Source: Pseudomonadota bacterium
GTDB lineage: Bacteria > Bdellovibrionota > FAC87 > UBA2466
Assembly: GCA_043718025.1 (NCBI GenBank)
Contig: JAYSWN010000133.1
Span: forward strand, 1-26,182
DNA length: 26,182 nt
Direction of reading: 5' to 3'
Every line of letters begins with the position of its first letter. Within the stretch, counting starts at the first letter, position 1. The notes under the pieces are model-generated. The model was given only the letters and a program-made list of their open reading frames with translations, did no database searches and was not told the DNA's origin. The position numbers and the translations under genes are program-made. Positions 25,443-26,182 of this stretch are shown one piece after another.

Positions 25443-26182
25443 AACTGGTAACCAACGAAGAAGTTCACGAAGGGAAGAAACCCGCGGAAGGCGTAGTCGA
25501 TTCCGGGAACGTCTTTTCCAAATACGTATTGAAAGCCCAGGCCAAAACCAAAGTCCATGTTGAAGGCCGCTTTGGCCGTTCCTCGCCAATACACCTGGCT
25601 GCGGAGGGCGATCATTTCGGTGCTGGCTTCGAAAGTACGATACTTTAATCCGAGGCTGTAAAACCCTGGGCCAAATTGATACACCCAACCGCGAAACGGC
25701 GCGTTGGTGTGGTAGTAAGAAAAATTGAGGTAACTGCCCCACATCGCGACTTCAGTGGCGCCGTTTCTAAATCTAGAATAAATCCCTTCAACGCCCATCG
25801 AAAATCGTTCGTTCAGGCGTACGTTAAAATGCAGTTCGGGATTGAAGTAGGAAAAACTCATCTGGCCGCCGAGCCCTGCATCAAAATTGTTTTGATGTTC
25901 ATCGCGACGCCGAGAGCTGGCCGCCGAGCTGTTGGCGATTGCGCTAATTCCGCGCTCGGGTCGGCTGATTCCTACCAGTGAACCCTTGTAGAGCAGGCGG
26001 GCCTTATCGCCCATACTGATCCAAATCCGGTCAGCGGTGGCCATCATGGCGCGTCCGCAGCCAACGCGTTGCGTTCCACGGCTGAGGCAAACCGCTTCGT
26101 TAGCTTTCCATCCTTGGGTTTCGTACGTGCGTTTAATCGCGATGCGGCCGCCGGCTACGTCGACTTCAAGCACTTGGGCGTC
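25439..26182 (-). CDS. Hypothetical protein with a C-terminal outer-membrane beta-barrel-like domain, 5'-truncated
   Basis: Frame is open to the window end. Alternating aromatic/Gly strands and a terminal VGYQF resembling a BAM beta-signal. Confidence 0.65.
   Translation of the reverse strand, partial: DAQVLEVDVAGGRIAIKRTYETQGWKANEAVCLSRGTQRVGCGRAMMATADRIWISMGDKARLLYKGSLVGISRPERGISAIANSSAASSRRRDEHQNNFDAGLGGQMSFSYFNPELHFNVRLNERFSMGVEGIYSRFRNGATEVAMWGSYLNFSYYHTNAPFRGWVYQFGPGFYSLGLKYRTFEASTEMIALRSQVYWRGTAKAAFNMDFGFGLGFQYVFGKDVPGIDYAFRGFLPFVNFFVGYQF

Overview
Gene-dense bacterial chromosomal segment of moderate GC. The many secreted and lipoprotein hypotheticals suggest a Bdellovibrionota/Oligoflexia- or deltaproteobacteria-like organism, but that is inference only. 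I saw no RNA genes, CRISPR array or mobile element. Recognisable genes: TetA-like MFS transporter, thiolase, fungal-type GH15 glucoamylase, CLC transporter, HAD phosphatase, phnDCE-like ABC importer, YdjM-like hydrolase, DUF423 protein, CoA-binding protein, pyrF-pyrE, bcp, SAM methyltransferase, GT87-like and GT4 glycosyltransferases, and msrA. The most interesting locus is 1114-3662 on the minus strand. A 170-aa exported protein (signal peptide, charged pro-region bracketed by a duplicated DSEMD motif, 54-aa Gly/Trp/Cys tail) is followed by two strong hairpins and then an exported subtilase with almost no propeptide. This looks like a precursor-peptide/maturation-protease system. Other points: an unlisted 45-aa lipoprotein, an HExxH-to-HGxxH pseudo-peptidase and a sigma54-like promoter.
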